The notes under the pieces were generated by a model that saw only the letters and a program-made list of their open reading frames with translations, was not told the DNA's origin and searched no databases. From Cucumibacter sp. (GTDB taxonomy: Bacteria; Pseudomonadota; Alphaproteobacteria; Rhizobiales; Devosiaceae): a DNA stretch of 64,000 nucleotides. The DNA lies in NCBI GenBank assembly GCA_040881985.1, contig JBBECE010000033.1, forward strand, positions 4,692 through 68,691, given 5' to 3'. Shown here piece by piece: positions 9,016 to 20,653 of this stretch. The translations under genes and the position numbers were made by a program. The first letter of the stretch is position 1; each line of letters begins with the position of its first letter.

Positions 9016-10199
9016 GGATCAGGCGCCGGCGGGGACCTCCGAAGCGGCGGGGGCCGCCGCTCGGCAAGGTTGAGCGCCAGCACGAAGGCCACAACCAGCA
9101 GCGGCAGGATCAGCGCGAACGACACCTGCATACCCCATTGGCTCGCGGTGAAGCCCATCACCGGCGGGGCGAGGAACAACACGATCGTATTCATCTGCTG
9201 GATCGACGCCAGGTTCTCGGCGGCGGGGCGGTCGCCAAGGCGCGCCGCGGCGGAGAGCGTCTGCGGAAAGGCGGTGGCGAAGCCGACGCCGATTAGAACG
9301 AAGCCGAAGAGCGAGACTGGCACCGAAATGCCGAGCACGACCAGCACCAGACCGACAAAGGAAACGGCGGTCAGGACCATTGCGACCCTGACCGGGCCGA
9401 AGCGTTCGATCCAGCGGTCGCCGAGCAAGCGCCCGACGACCTGCGCGCCAAGGCAGACCGGCAAGGTCAGCGTCGCGACCCAGTTGGCGGTGTGGAAGAC
9501 GTCGCGCAGGTAAATCACCGACCAGCTGCGCGCGGCGGCCTCAAGCCAGATGCTGCCGAACGCGAAAGCGATGAGGAGCAGCGTTGCCGATGTCGGCAGG
9601 ACGAAACGCCGGACCTTTCCCTCGCCCACATGCGGCCGCGGCGGAGACTCCTGCATTGGCCCAATGAGGTAAGACGCGGCGACCGCCATCACCGGCACGG
9701 CGGCGAAAAGATGCAGCGCCGGCCAGGTTCCGAGCGCGACGATGGCGGTGCCGATCAGCGACGAGATAAAGAAGCCGAGGCTCCACATGCCGTGAGAGGA
9801 ATTCATGATGCGGCGGCCGGTGGCGAATTCGATCCGGTCGGCTTCGACATTCATGGCGATGGCGGTGAAGGTGAAACCGACGGCGACGAACATGGCGAGG
9901 AAGAAAAACACGATGTAGTTGGGCGCGAGCGAGGTCAGCGCCACGGTGAGCGCGAAAAACGGCGTGCCGTACAAGAGGGTGTTGCGGTTGCCGATCCGCT
10001 CGATCGCCCGGGCGGCAAAGGGCAGGGACAGGAACGCGCCGACATCGACCCCCAAAAGCCCGATGCCGAGCTCGGCCGTGCTGGCGCCCATGTTGAGTTG
10101 AATCTCGGCCAGCCGCGAGAAAAAGCCGCCGATGCAGAGCGATTGCACGAAAAAGGCCGCCCGAATGATGGCGGCCGGCGACTTCAGGACTTGCAGCAT
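9009..10199 (-). CDS. MFS transporter
   Basis: 396-aa polytopic hydrophobic protein with about 12 TM segments and a 6+6 arrangement typical of MFS transporters. Confidence 0.82.
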   Translation of the reverse strand: MLQVLKSPAAIIRAAFFVQSLCIGGFFSRLAEIQLNMGASTAELGIGLLGVDVGAFLSLPFAARAIERIGNRNTLLYGTPFFALTVALTSLAPNYIVFFFLAMFVAVGFTFTAIAMNVEADRIEFATGRRIMNSSHGMWSLGFFISSLIGTAIVALGTWPALHLFAAVPVMAVAASYLIGPMQESPPRPHVGEGKVRRFVLPTSATLLLIAFAFGSIWLEAAARSWSVIYLRDVFHTANWVATLTLPVCLGAQVVGRLLGDRWIERFGPVRVAMVLTAVSFVGLVLVVLGISVPVSLFGFVLIGVGFATAFPQTLSAAARLGDRPAAENLASIQQMNTIVLFLAPPVMGFTASQWGMQVSFALILPLLVVAFVLALNLAERRPPPLRRSPPAPDPY

Positions 10200-10277
10200 G
10201 CGCGCCCCGGCGGCGTAGGCTGGCGGGCAGTGTGGAAGGCGCCCGGCGCCCCTGTCAATGGCCTGGCGCGGTCTATG

Positions 10278-11870
10278 TCAGGCGGCGGAGACCTGCGTTT
10301 TGGCGGGGGCGTTGTCGTGCCGCACCGTCTCGAGAAGTTCGAGGAAGGCGGCGGGCGGCACCGGCGGGCTGAGATAATAGCCCTGGCCAATCGAAACCCC
10401 GCATTGGCGCAGCGCCTCGACCTGAACGGCGTCTTCGACGCCCTCGGCGACGCTTGACATGTTGAGCTTGTCGGCAAGGCGGACCAGCATTTCGACGATC
10501 GAGCGGGCGGTCGCGTCGCGATTGATCGCATCGACGAAGAATTTGTCGATCTTCAATATGTCGGCGCCCAGCCGCTGCAGCTGCGACAGACCGCTGTTGC
10601 CGATGCCGACATCGTCGATGGCGACGCGGAAACCGTAGCTGCGCAATTCGGCGACCACCGCGGCGGCCTTCTCGAGATCCTCGTAGACTTCGCGTTCGGT
10701 CAGCTCGACGACGATCTGGCGGTGGGCGACGCGGGCCGCCGAGACCACCCGGCGCAAATCGTTGACGAATCCCGGCGCGATGAAATGGCTGGGCGCGATA
10801 TTGACCGAGAGCTTGAACAGCTTGTCGCGCCTGAGCTCGGCCCTGAGGTCGGCGAGGGCTTGCGACAGCAGCTGCCAGGTCATCGCGGCGATGCGTCCGG
10901 ATTCCTCGGCGAGGTTGATGAACCGGGCGGGCGCCAGCACCGAGCCGTCGGCCTTCACCCAGCGGGCAAGAATCTCGCAGCCGGTAATCGCCCCCGTCGC
11001 GAGATCGAAGGTCGGCTGCAAATAGGGTTTGAATTCGCGCGCCGCGATCGCCCGGTCGAGGTCGGCGACGGGGCTTTCGGGCCGCGACAGCGCCCGGGCG
11101 AGCAAGAGACCGAAGGCGAATCCGAGGGCAACCGCCAGGACGATGATCGGGGTATAGGCTTCGCGGTTCCAGGCCGCGACGGCTTCCGCCTCGACGCGGA
11201 TGACGCTGTTGAGCGGGTAGCGGGCGGAGGATGCTGTCACCGTCAGAACGCGGCCCGCAAGCGCCGGCGTTTGCTCGCCGGTCCGCATGTTGGCGATCGG
11301 CCTGCCGTCGGCGAGCTCGACCGCGACCTCGCTATGGTCGCGCAGCTCGACGGGCATGACGTCGAGCAGCGCGGTCGAGAAGCCGAGGATGGCAATCAGC
11401 GAGTTGTCGGCATCGATGTCCTTCAGAACGCCGAGGGCGATGCCGAAGAACTGGTCGACCCTGAAGAGGCGGAGCGTCGCGTCGGCCGAGGGCAGCATCT
11501 CGTCGCGGGAAACCCAGCTGCGGTCGAATTCGAGGGTCTCCGAATAGGCCGAGCAGCGCACGCCGCCATCGCGGTTGACGATCCGGATGTCCTTGACCGG
11601 GCCGCGCTGATAGACGTGAAAGCGCACCGCCTGGAGCGAGACTGCATCGCAGGCCAGCGGCCCCATCAGGGCCAGATCGTCGAGGGCGTCGGCGCCGTAA
11701 TCGACGGCGGTCTCGGAGCGGCGCAACGCCAGCTGTACGAGATCGTCAAGCTGGCGGGCGCGCTGCGCCTCGATCAGAAACGACGCGGCGAAATGACCGC
11801 CGGTCGCGAACAGGCCGACCGAACAGATCGTCAGCAGCAGAAGGGCCAAAACCGGCAAGCGCCTGAACAT
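10278..11870 (-). CDS. c-di-GMP phosphodiesterase: CSS-type periplasmic sensor domain plus EAL domain
   Basis: 530 aa. An N-terminal TM is followed by a periplasmic domain with two Cys (LACDAV, RCSAYS) and a second TM. The EAL domain keeps its catalytic residues (EILARW, SVNI, ELTE, IDDVG, KIDK, AEGVE, GQGY). Confidence 0.87.
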   Translation of the reverse strand: MFRRLPVLALLLLTICSVGLFATGGHFAASFLIEAQRARQLDDLVQLALRRSETAVDYGADALDDLALMGPLACDAVSLQAVRFHVYQRGPVKDIRIVNRDGGVRCSAYSETLEFDRSWVSRDEMLPSADATLRLFRVDQFFGIALGVLKDIDADNSLIAILGFSTALLDVMPVELRDHSEVAVELADGRPIANMRTGEQTPALAGRVLTVTASSARYPLNSVIRVEAEAVAAWNREAYTPIIVLAVALGFAFGLLLARALSRPESPVADLDRAIAAREFKPYLQPTFDLATGAITGCEILARWVKADGSVLAPARFINLAEESGRIAAMTWQLLSQALADLRAELRRDKLFKLSVNIAPSHFIAPGFVNDLRRVVSAARVAHRQIVVELTEREVYEDLEKAAAVVAELRSYGFRVAIDDVGIGNSGLSQLQRLGADILKIDKFFVDAINRDATARSIVEMLVRLADKLNMSSVAEGVEDAVQVEALRQCGVSIGQGYYLSPPVPPAAFLELLETVRHDNAPAKTQVSAA

Positions 11871-11999
11871 GGGACCCCATCGCGCAAGATTTCGGGCCTA
11901 GTTTCGGCCGAATGGCCTCAAGAATTGGTTTATGCGGCGGCGAAAACCCCGTCTGGCGGCGTCTTTCGCCGCAAAACCCGGCCGCAGGGGGTACCGCGG

Positions 12000-13088
<1,089 letters not shown>

Positions 13089-13205
13089 CGCTCGCCTTCC
13101 CCCAATCCCGCCATGCCGCTTCGAGCCGCCCCCTCGCCGCGCCGAGCGCAGCCCTCGTGGAAGATCCAGATGTGGCTGAAGGCTAGCACGGAACGCATGG
13201 GCCGC

Positions 13206-14078
13206 CTATTTCACCGCCCCAAGCAGTCCCTCGACGAATCGGCGCTGCAGAAGGAAGAAGATGAGGAGTGTGGGGAGTGTTGCGAACACGGCGCTGATCA
13301 TGATGACGCCATAGTCCGGCACGTAAGCGTAGGACAACGACGAGACGATGAGCGTGACGGTCTTGTTCTCTTCCGCCTGCAGCACAATCAGCGGCCAGAG
13401 GTAGTTGTTCCAGTTCCCCATGAACACGATGATGATCGCAGCCGCATAGGTCGAGCGCATCACCGGCAGATAGACGAAAACGAAGATCTGCCATTCGTTG
13501 AGGCCATCGATGCGCGCGGCATCGCGCAGCTCCGCGGGAAAGGCCTTCGTCGCCTGGCGGAAGTAGAAGATGATGAAGATCGACGCGATGCCCGGGACGA
13601 TAACCGCGGTGAAGGTGTTGATGAGCCCGAGCCCGGCCATCATGATGAAGAGCGGGACCATGAGCGCCGCGAACGGGATCGACAGCATCAGCAGCATGAG
13701 GCCGAAGATCCGGTCCCGGAACCGCGACTTGAAGACCTCGAAGCCGTAGCCCGCGAGCGACGATACGATGAGGGTCAGCGCAACTCCCACGAGCGCGATG
13801 AAGGCCGAGTTCCAGAACATGCGCGGCACGTCGACGGTCGCAAAGAAGGTGGCGATGTTCTCGAAGAGATAGCCGCCGGGTGTGACCTTGCCATGCGCGA
13901 TGTCGGGCGACATGTTCGTCGACCCCACCAACATCCAGTAGAACGGGAAGATCGAGACGAAGGCGGCGATCGAGAGCCCGAGATAAAGCAGGCCGCGCCG
14001 GACGTAACGGAAGACCGGGTCCAGACTCAGCTCGCGGGTTTCCCCCAGGCGGTCCGCGATTGCGCGAGTTTCCGTCAT
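13206..14078 (-). CDS. carbohydrate ABC transporter permease
   Basis: 290 aa with six TM segments and an EAA-like loop (AARIDGLNEWQIF). It overlaps the upstream permease by 4 nt. Confidence 0.9.
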   Translation of the reverse strand: MTETRAIADRLGETRELSLDPVFRYVRRGLLYLGLSIAAFVSIFPFYWMLVGSTNMSPDIAHGKVTPGGYLFENIATFFATVDVPRMFWNSAFIALVGVALTLIVSSLAGYGFEVFKSRFRDRIFGLMLLMLSIPFAALMVPLFIMMAGLGLINTFTAVIVPGIASIFIIFYFRQATKAFPAELRDAARIDGLNEWQIFVFVYLPVMRSTYAAAIIIVFMGNWNNYLWPLIVLQAEENKTVTLIVSSLSYAYVPDYGVIMISAVFATLPTLLIFFLLQRRFVEGLLGAVK

Positions 14079-14953
14079 GAGCCCCGCCTATCACGCGCAA
14101 TCACGAACTGCGCAAAGCTCAGGATTCCGACCAAAACGACGATCACCCACGACACCGTCGCCGAGTAACCGAAGCTCGGCATGAAACGGAAGGTCAGGTC
14201 ATAGATGTAGTACGACAGGGTCATGGTCGCCTGGGATGGTCCACCCATGGTGAGGTTGTAGGGCTCGTCGAAGAGCTGCAGCGTGCCGATCGTCGAGATC
14301 ACGGTGGTGAAGAGGATCACCGGCTTCAGCATCGGAAGCGTGAGGTGGACAAAGCGAGCCCAGGCCGGCACGCCGTCGATCCGGGCCGACTCGTAGATCG
14401 CGCGGTCGATGTTCTGAAGCGCCGCAAGATAGAAGATCATGTTGTAGCCGGTCCAGCGCCAGGTGATGGCGAGGATGATCAGCACCTTGGCCCAGAACGG
14501 GTCGGTGAGCCATGGGATGGCTCCAATGCCGATCGCCATCAGCGCCTGGTTGATCACGCCCTCTGACGCGAACATCGACTTGAAGAGAACCGCGTAGGCA
14601 ACAAGCGAGGTCACGCAGGGCAGAAAGATCGCCGTGCGGAAGAAGGCGCGGCCCCAAAGCTTGGTGTCGTTGAGCGCAACGGCGAACAAGAGGGCAAGCA
14701 CGATCATGATCGGCACCTGCACCACGAGGAAGATCATGGTGTTGCCGAGCGCGCGCAGGAACACCGTGTCCTGCATCAGGCGCTGGATGTTGGCGAAACC
14801 GCCGAAACTGAAGCTCATGCCGCGGCCTGTCTGGAAGCTCATCCAGAGCGACCACAGGATTGGGTAGATCATGAAGATGCCGAGCAGGATGAGCGCCGGC
14901 GCTATGAAAAGCCAGCCGTTGATATGCTCTCTTCTGATGGCGCGTGCAGCCAT
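14075..14953 (-). CDS. carbohydrate ABC transporter permease
   Basis: 292 aa with an EAA-like loop (ESARIDGVPAWARF), in operon with the SBP and ATPase. Confidence 0.9.
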   Translation of the reverse strand: MAARAIRREHINGWLFIAPALILLGIFMIYPILWSLWMSFQTGRGMSFSFGGFANIQRLMQDTVFLRALGNTMIFLVVQVPIMIVLALLFAVALNDTKLWGRAFFRTAIFLPCVTSLVAYAVLFKSMFASEGVINQALMAIGIGAIPWLTDPFWAKVLIILAITWRWTGYNMIFYLAALQNIDRAIYESARIDGVPAWARFVHLTLPMLKPVILFTTVISTIGTLQLFDEPYNLTMGGPSQATMTLSYYIYDLTFRFMPSFGYSATVSWVIVVLVGILSFAQFVIARDRRGS

Positions 14954-15065
14954 GGCCGACCCCTGCCCCGTTCACCACCCAGCTTCGCGCAAACTCGAGC
15001 CCAGCCCGACTATGCCGTGCTGGGCGGGAAGGCGGAAGCGGGATTTCTCCCGCTTCCGTTAAACC

Positions 15066-16337
15066 TTACTGAGTTGCCTGCATCGCCTGCGCGTTGATCG
15101 CCTCGATCGCGGCGTCGAGGTCGCCACCCTGGGCGATCGTCGGCAGCTGGGCGGAGATCGCGGAGTCGACCTCGGCGGTGAAGATGCCGTAGTCGATGTC
15201 CGGAACCTGAGCCAGCCAGGTCGCGAAGTCCTGCCAGACGGGTTGGCCGCCGAAGAAGTCGTCGTTGACCTGGTAAGCAGCACCGTCGCGCGCGTGGAGC
15301 CACGTGCCGACGGCACCAGTGTTGGAGAGGATCGCTTGATAGAAGTCGATGTCACCCGCCCAGATGGTGTTAAGGAAGTCGATGGCCGCGGCCATCTCAT
15401 CGGCCGGCGACGAGGCGAGAACATACCAGCTCGATCCGCCCCAGTTGGAGGCATTGGCTGAGCCGGGGGTGTCGAGCCGCGGAACCTGCGCAATAGCCCA
15501 CTTGCCGGCATCGGCCGCAGCGTTGGCCTTGATGGTGCCGACGATCCAGACGCCGATCGGAACAGCGGCGACGTCGCCACCGGTGAAGGAGTTGGTGAAA
15601 TCGGTCCAGCCCGAGACAGGCTTCGCAAGCCCGTTGGCCCAGATCTTCTGGTAGACCTCGAGCGCTGCCTTGAAGGTCGGGTTGCCGACGAGGTTCAGCG
15701 AACCGTCGGCATTGAAGTACCACTGGCCGGCGGAGTTCAGCATCATGCGGATCCAGCCGACTTCGTTGTAGTCGATGCCGAAGAGCTCGTGGCCGGTCTT
15801 CTCCTTGACGGTCTTGCCGATCTCGATCAGCTGGTCCCAGGTGAGGTTCTGCATGTCCTCGGCGCTGAACCCGGCTGCCGCGAAGTAGTCGGAGCGATAG
15901 AAGAGGCCGGTGACGCCCGAGTCGAAGGGCAGCGAGTAGGACTTGTCGTCGACCGTCGCGGCGGCAACCTTGTAGTTCGCGAACTGGGTCATATCGATCG
16001 AGTCGCTGAGCGGCTCGAATGCACCCGGGAAGGAGAGCAGGTACTTCTGCGCATAGTCGTCCTGGATGAGGACGATGTCGGGAAGGCCCTGGGTGTTGCC
16101 CGCGAGCAGCGCCGTCTGCAGCTTGATGCGGATGGTGTTCTGATCGTTGCTGTCGTCGATGATGATGTTCACGTCGGGATGCGTGACGTTGTAGCGGGCG
16201 GCAGCTTCTCGCATGGCGGCGCCGTTGAAATTGGTGTCCCAGCACCATATGGTGACGTCAACCGCCAGAACCGGGCTCGAGCCCAATCCCAGCGCCATGG
16301 CAAGCGCTAGCGCGGCCAGGCCCAAGTGTAAGCGCAT
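15066..16337 (-). CDS. extracellular solute-binding protein (family 1, sugar)
   Basis: ORF 15066..16535, with the start moved to ATG 16337 (MRLHLGLAALALAMALGLGSSPVLA signal peptide) after GGGAGGA. Confidence 0.9.
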   Translation of the reverse strand: MRLHLGLAALALAMALGLGSSPVLAVDVTIWCWDTNFNGAAMREAAARYNVTHPDVNIIIDDSNDQNTIRIKLQTALLAGNTQGLPDIVLIQDDYAQKYLLSFPGAFEPLSDSIDMTQFANYKVAAATVDDKSYSLPFDSGVTGLFYRSDYFAAAGFSAEDMQNLTWDQLIEIGKTVKEKTGHELFGIDYNEVGWIRMMLNSAGQWYFNADGSLNLVGNPTFKAALEVYQKIWANGLAKPVSGWTDFTNSFTGGDVAAVPIGVWIVGTIKANAAADAGKWAIAQVPRLDTPGSANASNWGGSSWYVLASSPADEMAAAIDFLNTIWAGDIDFYQAILSNTGAVGTWLHARDGAAYQVNDDFFGGQPVWQDFATWLAQVPDIDYGIFTAEVDSAISAQLPTIAQGGDLDAAIEAINAQAMQATQ

Positions 16338-16428
16338 GTAGTCCTCCCTTTTTGTTTGCCCTTGGATCGGGGACTTTCTAGACTGCCTGTGCGCAGCGTC
16401 ATCCGTCCCACTGAATGGGCATGCGAAA

Positions 16429-17364
16429 TTGCGGGATAGTAAGAAGCTCGGCAAAAGGATTTGGGACCCTCGCAAGAGTACTGTCGAGGCGGTTCCGAAC
16501 AAGCTCGTGGTCAGCCACGAGCAGCCCGGCATCATGGGTCAAGCGCATTGGCACGCGCAGGTCGAGGTCAATTTCGTTTTCCGCGGTGCGCTGCAATACC
16601 GCATGCACGGCCACACGCTGGGCCTCGCGGCCGGCGATCTCTGCCTGTTCTGGGGCGGGCTGCCGCATCAGCTGGTCGACACCACCGAGGACGCCTTCTT
16701 CATCGCCATCCACCTGCCGCTCGTGCATTTCTTCCGGCTGCGGCTGCCGGCGAATTTGACGCACAAGTTGATGCACGGTGCGACCATCGTCACCGCCGAG
16801 CCCGACCCTGCCGACCCGGCGAGCTTTGACCGCTTGTCGACCTATATGCGCTCCGACAACGCGGCGCGGCGGCAGCACGCGGTCGAAGAGCTGTTGCTGA
16901 GGATCGACCGCATGCAGTTCGAGCCCTATGAGCTCATCGAACCTGCGGAGATTCTGGACGGGCTGGGCGAGCCGCTCGACCAGCAGAGTTTCCATTCGAT
17001 CGGCAACATCTGCGACTTCATTGCCGAGAATTTCCGCGAGGATATCGATTCGGCGGACATTGCGTCGTCGGCGGAAATCCACCCCAAATACGCGATGAGC
17101 GTATTCAAGAAATCGACCGGGATGACGCTGAGCCGCTACGTCAGCCTGTTGCGGCTGAGCTATGCGCAAGCGCTGCTGATGAACGGCGACGCCAATGTGT
17201 TGCGGGTGGCGATGGAAAGCGGTTTCGGCTCGCTGAGCGCCTTCAACAACTCGTTCCGGAAGATTTCCGGCATGTCGCCATCGGACTTCCGCAAGGAATG
17301 CCGCACCCGGGTTTCGATGGTGCGGACCAACCGCCCGGAGCGGCGCGACGGCAAGCTGAACTAG
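16429..17364 (+). CDS. AraC family transcriptional regulator (cupin sensor plus HTH)
   Basis: 311 aa with an N-terminal cupin (HWHAQVEVNFVF) and a C-terminal AraC HTH pair (GFGSLSAFNNSFRKISGMSPSDFR). It is divergent from the SBP operon. The start is TTG 16429 and is uncertain. Confidence 0.85.
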   Translation: MRDSKKLGKRIWDPRKSTVEAVPNKLVVSHEQPGIMGQAHWHAQVEVNFVFRGALQYRMHGHTLGLAAGDLCLFWGGLPHQLVDTTEDAFFIAIHLPLVHFFRLRLPANLTHKLMHGATIVTAEPDPADPASFDRLSTYMRSDNAARRQHAVEELLLRIDRMQFEPYELIEPAEILDGLGEPLDQQSFHSIGNICDFIAENFREDIDSADIASSAEIHPKYAMSVFKKSTGMTLSRYVSLLRLSYAQALLMNGDANVLRVAMESGFGSLSAFNNSFRKISGMSPSDFRKECRTRVSMVRTNRPERRDGKLN

Positions 17365-19310
17365 GCCGGACGGGGGGTGACCGTGGCGACACCCGCGGCC
17401 TGCAGAACCGGCCCGTCGAGGCCGAATTCGCCGGTCAGCCCAAGCGCCGCCAGATCGTGGGGCCGGGTCGAATAGTTGAAGACAAAATCCCGGCCGCCGG
17501 CCCGGCGGATGCGCAAGCCCTCGGGCAATTCGATCGTCGGCAGCGCCGCCTTTGCCACCAGCATCTTTGTCATGCGGGCATGGGCGAGGGGATCGAGCAG
17601 GCCCGCGAGGTAATGGACGCGGCCCTGCCGCACCAGCACCGGCCAGCCGGATTCGGTTTGCATCAGCGTTTCGGCGTCCGACTCGATGCGCTCGAGCCAG
17701 AGCCGGACATGTCCGCCGCCCTCGACCGGCTCGGGCACATCTGGCGCGAGCGAGGCGACGCGCGCCACGGTGACGTCGATCAGGTTGGAAGAAAGATTAG
17801 GCGGCAGGCCGGGGGGAATGCTGAAATCGCGGGTCTTCGACCCCGATCGCGGACCGATGACGAGCTGGCCTTCGAATTCGCCGATCGCCGCCTGAAGTTC
17901 GTCGGTCCAGGCGAACAGGGCCGGAACGAAGACGAGTTTGTAGGTAGAGATATCCCGTGCGCGCGAGGAGACGATGTCGACATTGAGCCCCAGCGCCCGT
18001 AGCTGCCGGTACTGGTCGAAGACGATCTCGAAATGGTTGAATCCCCTCGATTGCGGCTGGATCTGCCAAGCCCAGGCGCTTTCGTAGTCGAATACGATGG
18101 CGACGTCGGCGGGCAGGACCTTGAAGCCGTTGAGCGAGGCGAGCTCGCGGCCGACGCGGGACACTTCCTCGAAGGCCGGCGCCGGCTTGTCGTCGGGCCG
18201 CAGCAGTCCCGAGTGCATCTGTTCCTGGGCGAAATGCACCTGCCGCCAGCGGAAATAGCAGACCGTTTCGGCGCCGTGGGCGAAGGCCTCGAGCGCCCAC
18301 AGCCGGGCCATGCCGGGGAGCGGATCGGGATTGTGGTCGGCCCAGTTCACCGGGCCCGGCTGCTGTTCCATGATCCAGACCCGGCCGCCACCCACGGCGC
18401 GATAGAGGTCATTGTGGAAGGCCTGCAGATCCGGGTCGCCCTGGCGGGCGAAGGCGGCTTTGAACGCCGAGGCGCCCTCGCGCCGTTCGATCTGGCCAAT
18501 CGGATAGGAGTCCCAGCTGGCGATTTCCATGTCCTCGCCGAGCGCAAAATGATCGAAGCCGGCATCGGCGGCCATGTAATTGTGGGTGACGGGGATGCCC
18601 GGGGTGACGGCGTGGATGATGTCGAGCTGCACCCGGTTGAAGGCGCGAATCTGGTCGGAGGAATAGCGGTGAAAGTCCATCCAGTGGGCGGGGGCCGCCT
18701 CGCACTGGGTGAGGTTTGGCAGTTCGATCTGGTCGAAGTCTGCATACTCCATCGACCAGAAAATCGTTCCCCAGGCGCGGTTGAGGGCGCCGATCGAGGG
18801 GTATTTATTGCGCAGCCATTGCCGGAAGCCGGCAAGCGCCGCCCCCGAATAGGAAAGCGCGGTGTCGTGGCAGCCATACTCATTGTCGGTCTGCCAGACG
18901 GCAAGCGCGGGATGGCCGGCGACCGCTTTGGCCAGAATGCGCACGATGCGGGCGCATTCGGCCCGATAGCCGGGGTGGGAAAAGCAATAGTGCCGGCGCG
19001 AGCCGAATTTGCGGGTGCGGCCATCCGCATCGACGACGAGCATGTCGGGCAGTTTGTCGACCAGCCAGCGCGGCGGGGTCGCGGTCGGGGTGCCCATCAC
19101 CACCTTGAGCCCGTGGGCGTGCAAGACATCCATGGCGCGGATCAGCCAATCGGTCTGCACATCGCCCGGGGCGGGCTCGAGGCGGCTCCAGGCGAATTCG
19201 CCGATGCGGACGTAGGAAAGCCCGATTTCGGCCATCCGGGCGGCGTCGCGCCCCCACATCTCTTCGGGCCATTGCTCAGGATAGTAGCAAACCCCCAGCC
19301 TTGGCTGCAT
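17361..19310 (-). CDS. GH42 beta-galactosidase
   Basis: ORF 17361..19490, with the start moved to ATG 19310 (MQPRLGVCYYPEQWPEEMW, the canonical GH42 N-terminus). It carries the WQTDNEYG catalytic block. Confidence 0.92.
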   Translation of the reverse strand: MQPRLGVCYYPEQWPEEMWGRDAARMAEIGLSYVRIGEFAWSRLEPAPGDVQTDWLIRAMDVLHAHGLKVVMGTPTATPPRWLVDKLPDMLVVDADGRTRKFGSRRHYCFSHPGYRAECARIVRILAKAVAGHPALAVWQTDNEYGCHDTALSYSGAALAGFRQWLRNKYPSIGALNRAWGTIFWSMEYADFDQIELPNLTQCEAAPAHWMDFHRYSSDQIRAFNRVQLDIIHAVTPGIPVTHNYMAADAGFDHFALGEDMEIASWDSYPIGQIERREGASAFKAAFARQGDPDLQAFHNDLYRAVGGGRVWIMEQQPGPVNWADHNPDPLPGMARLWALEAFAHGAETVCYFRWRQVHFAQEQMHSGLLRPDDKPAPAFEEVSRVGRELASLNGFKVLPADVAIVFDYESAWAWQIQPQSRGFNHFEIVFDQYRQLRALGLNVDIVSSRARDISTYKLVFVPALFAWTDELQAAIGEFEGQLVIGPRSGSKTRDFSIPPGLPPNLSSNLIDVTVARVASLAPDVPEPVEGGGHVRLWLERIESDAETLMQTESGWPVLVRQGRVHYLAGLLDPLAHARMTKMLVAKAALPTIELPEGLRIRRAGGRDFVFNYSTRPHDLAALGLTGEFGLDGPVLQAAGVATVTPRPA

Positions 19311-19492
19311 GACCCATCCCCGTCGGTGATCGGTCCGGCGGAAAGCGGCACGGACCCGACCCGGATTCCTAGCCGCAGGCGCTTGAGTTTTCAGCGCGAT
19401 CGGGAATGTCGCACGGGCGAATTGTAAGTTCGGCGCCGGGTAGCGGCCGGATGGCGCGGCGCGCCTTGTGCAGGGCCCGCCAATCGGCAATA

Positions 19493-19509
19493 ATGCAAAT
19501 AATTTGCAT
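19493..19509. promoter_or_regulatory. 17-bp perfect palindrome ATGCAAAT-A-ATTTGCAT, candidate operator upstream of the MCO operon
   Basis: Read directly at 19493..19509, 17 nt before the MCO ATG. It forms an AT-rich island in GC-rich DNA. The half-site ATGCAAAT recurs at 21943..21950 upstream of the TetR gene. Confidence 0.45.
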
Positions 19510-19525
19510 TTGCAGGATAATTGCG

Positions 19526-20650
19526 ATGACCAAGGTTGACGACCTTCTGCTCGAAAAGGTCAGCAGGCGCGGCTTGCTCTGGGGCGGACTTGCAGCGGCG
19601 GGCGGGACGGCGGCCTACGCCAGCGGCGCGCTTGGACAATCCACCCATGCCGTTCACGAGGCCGCCCCCGCCTCAGGGGCGACGCCGCCTTCCCTGCACC
19701 TCACCGCGCATGGGGCGATGATTACGGTTGGCGAGGTCGATAACGCGGCCAACGGCTTCGATCCCTCGCAAATGTTGACGCAATGGGAGACCGGCACGCT
19801 CTCCCGGATGGATGACGGCCGGATGCTGCGCAGCTTCGAGATCGAGGCGGTCGACAAGGAACTGGAGATCGCCCCGGGGGTCGGCTTCCCCGCATGGACC
19901 TATAATGGCCGGGTGCCCGGGCCGTTCCTTCGCGCCAAGGAAGGCGAGCGGCTGAGGATCGCCTTCAGGAACTTCGGGTCGCACCCGCATTCGATGCATT
20001 TTCATGGCATCCATGCCGCGCGGATGGACGGCGTGCCGGGCGCCGGCCTGATCAATCCCGGCGAAGAATTCGTCTACGAGTTCGACGCCAGGCCATTCGG
20101 CTGCCACCTCTACCATTGCCACGCCCTGCCGCTGCGGCGGCACATGCACAAAGGCATGTACGGCATGTTCGTCATCGACCCCGATCCGGCCCTGCATCCG
20201 GACCAGCTCGCGGTGGCGCAATCGCGGCTCCTGGGCTCGCCGCAAAACGCCGCCTGGCAGGAAATGGCGATGGTGATGAATGCGTTCGACACCAATTTCG
20301 ACGGCGGCAATGAATTCTACGCGGTAAACACGATCGCCCATGCCTACGCCAAGCGACCCATCCCGATCGACAAGGGTCGGCCGGTGCGCATCTATCTGGT
20401 CAATGTCACCGAGTTCGATCCGATCAATTCGTTCCACCTGCACGCCAATTTCTTCGATTATTTCGACACCGGCACATCGCTGACGCCAAATCTGCGTACC
20501 GTCGACCTGATCATGCAGTGCCAGGCGCAGCGCGGCATCCTCGAATTCACCTTCAAGGATCACGAGCCCGGCTTGTACATGTTCCACGCCCACCAATCCG
20601 AGTTCGCCGAGCTTGGATGGATGGGCATGTTCGACGTCAGGGAGGCCTGA
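19526..20650 (+). CDS. Tat-exported two-domain multicopper oxidase
   Basis: ORF 19406..20650, with the start moved to ATG 19526 (MTKVDDLLLEKVSRRGLLWGG twin-arginine signal). Cu-ligand motifs: HSMHFHG, HCHALPLRRHMHKGM, FHLHANF and FHAHQSEF. Confidence 0.85.
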   Translation: MTKVDDLLLEKVSRRGLLWGGLAAAGGTAAYASGALGQSTHAVHEAAPASGATPPSLHLTAHGAMITVGEVDNAANGFDPSQMLTQWETGTLSRMDDGRMLRSFEIEAVDKELEIAPGVGFPAWTYNGRVPGPFLRAKEGERLRIAFRNFGSHPHSMHFHGIHAARMDGVPGAGLINPGEEFVYEFDARPFGCHLYHCHALPLRRHMHKGMYGMFVIDPDPALHPDQLAVAQSRLLGSPQNAAWQEMAMVMNAFDTNFDGGNEFYAVNTIAHAYAKRPIPIDKGRPVRIYLVNVTEFDPINSFHLHANFFDYFDTGTSLTPNLRTVDLIMQCQAQRGILEFTFKDHEPGLYMFHAHQSEFAELGWMGMFDVREA

Positions 20651-20653
20651 GCC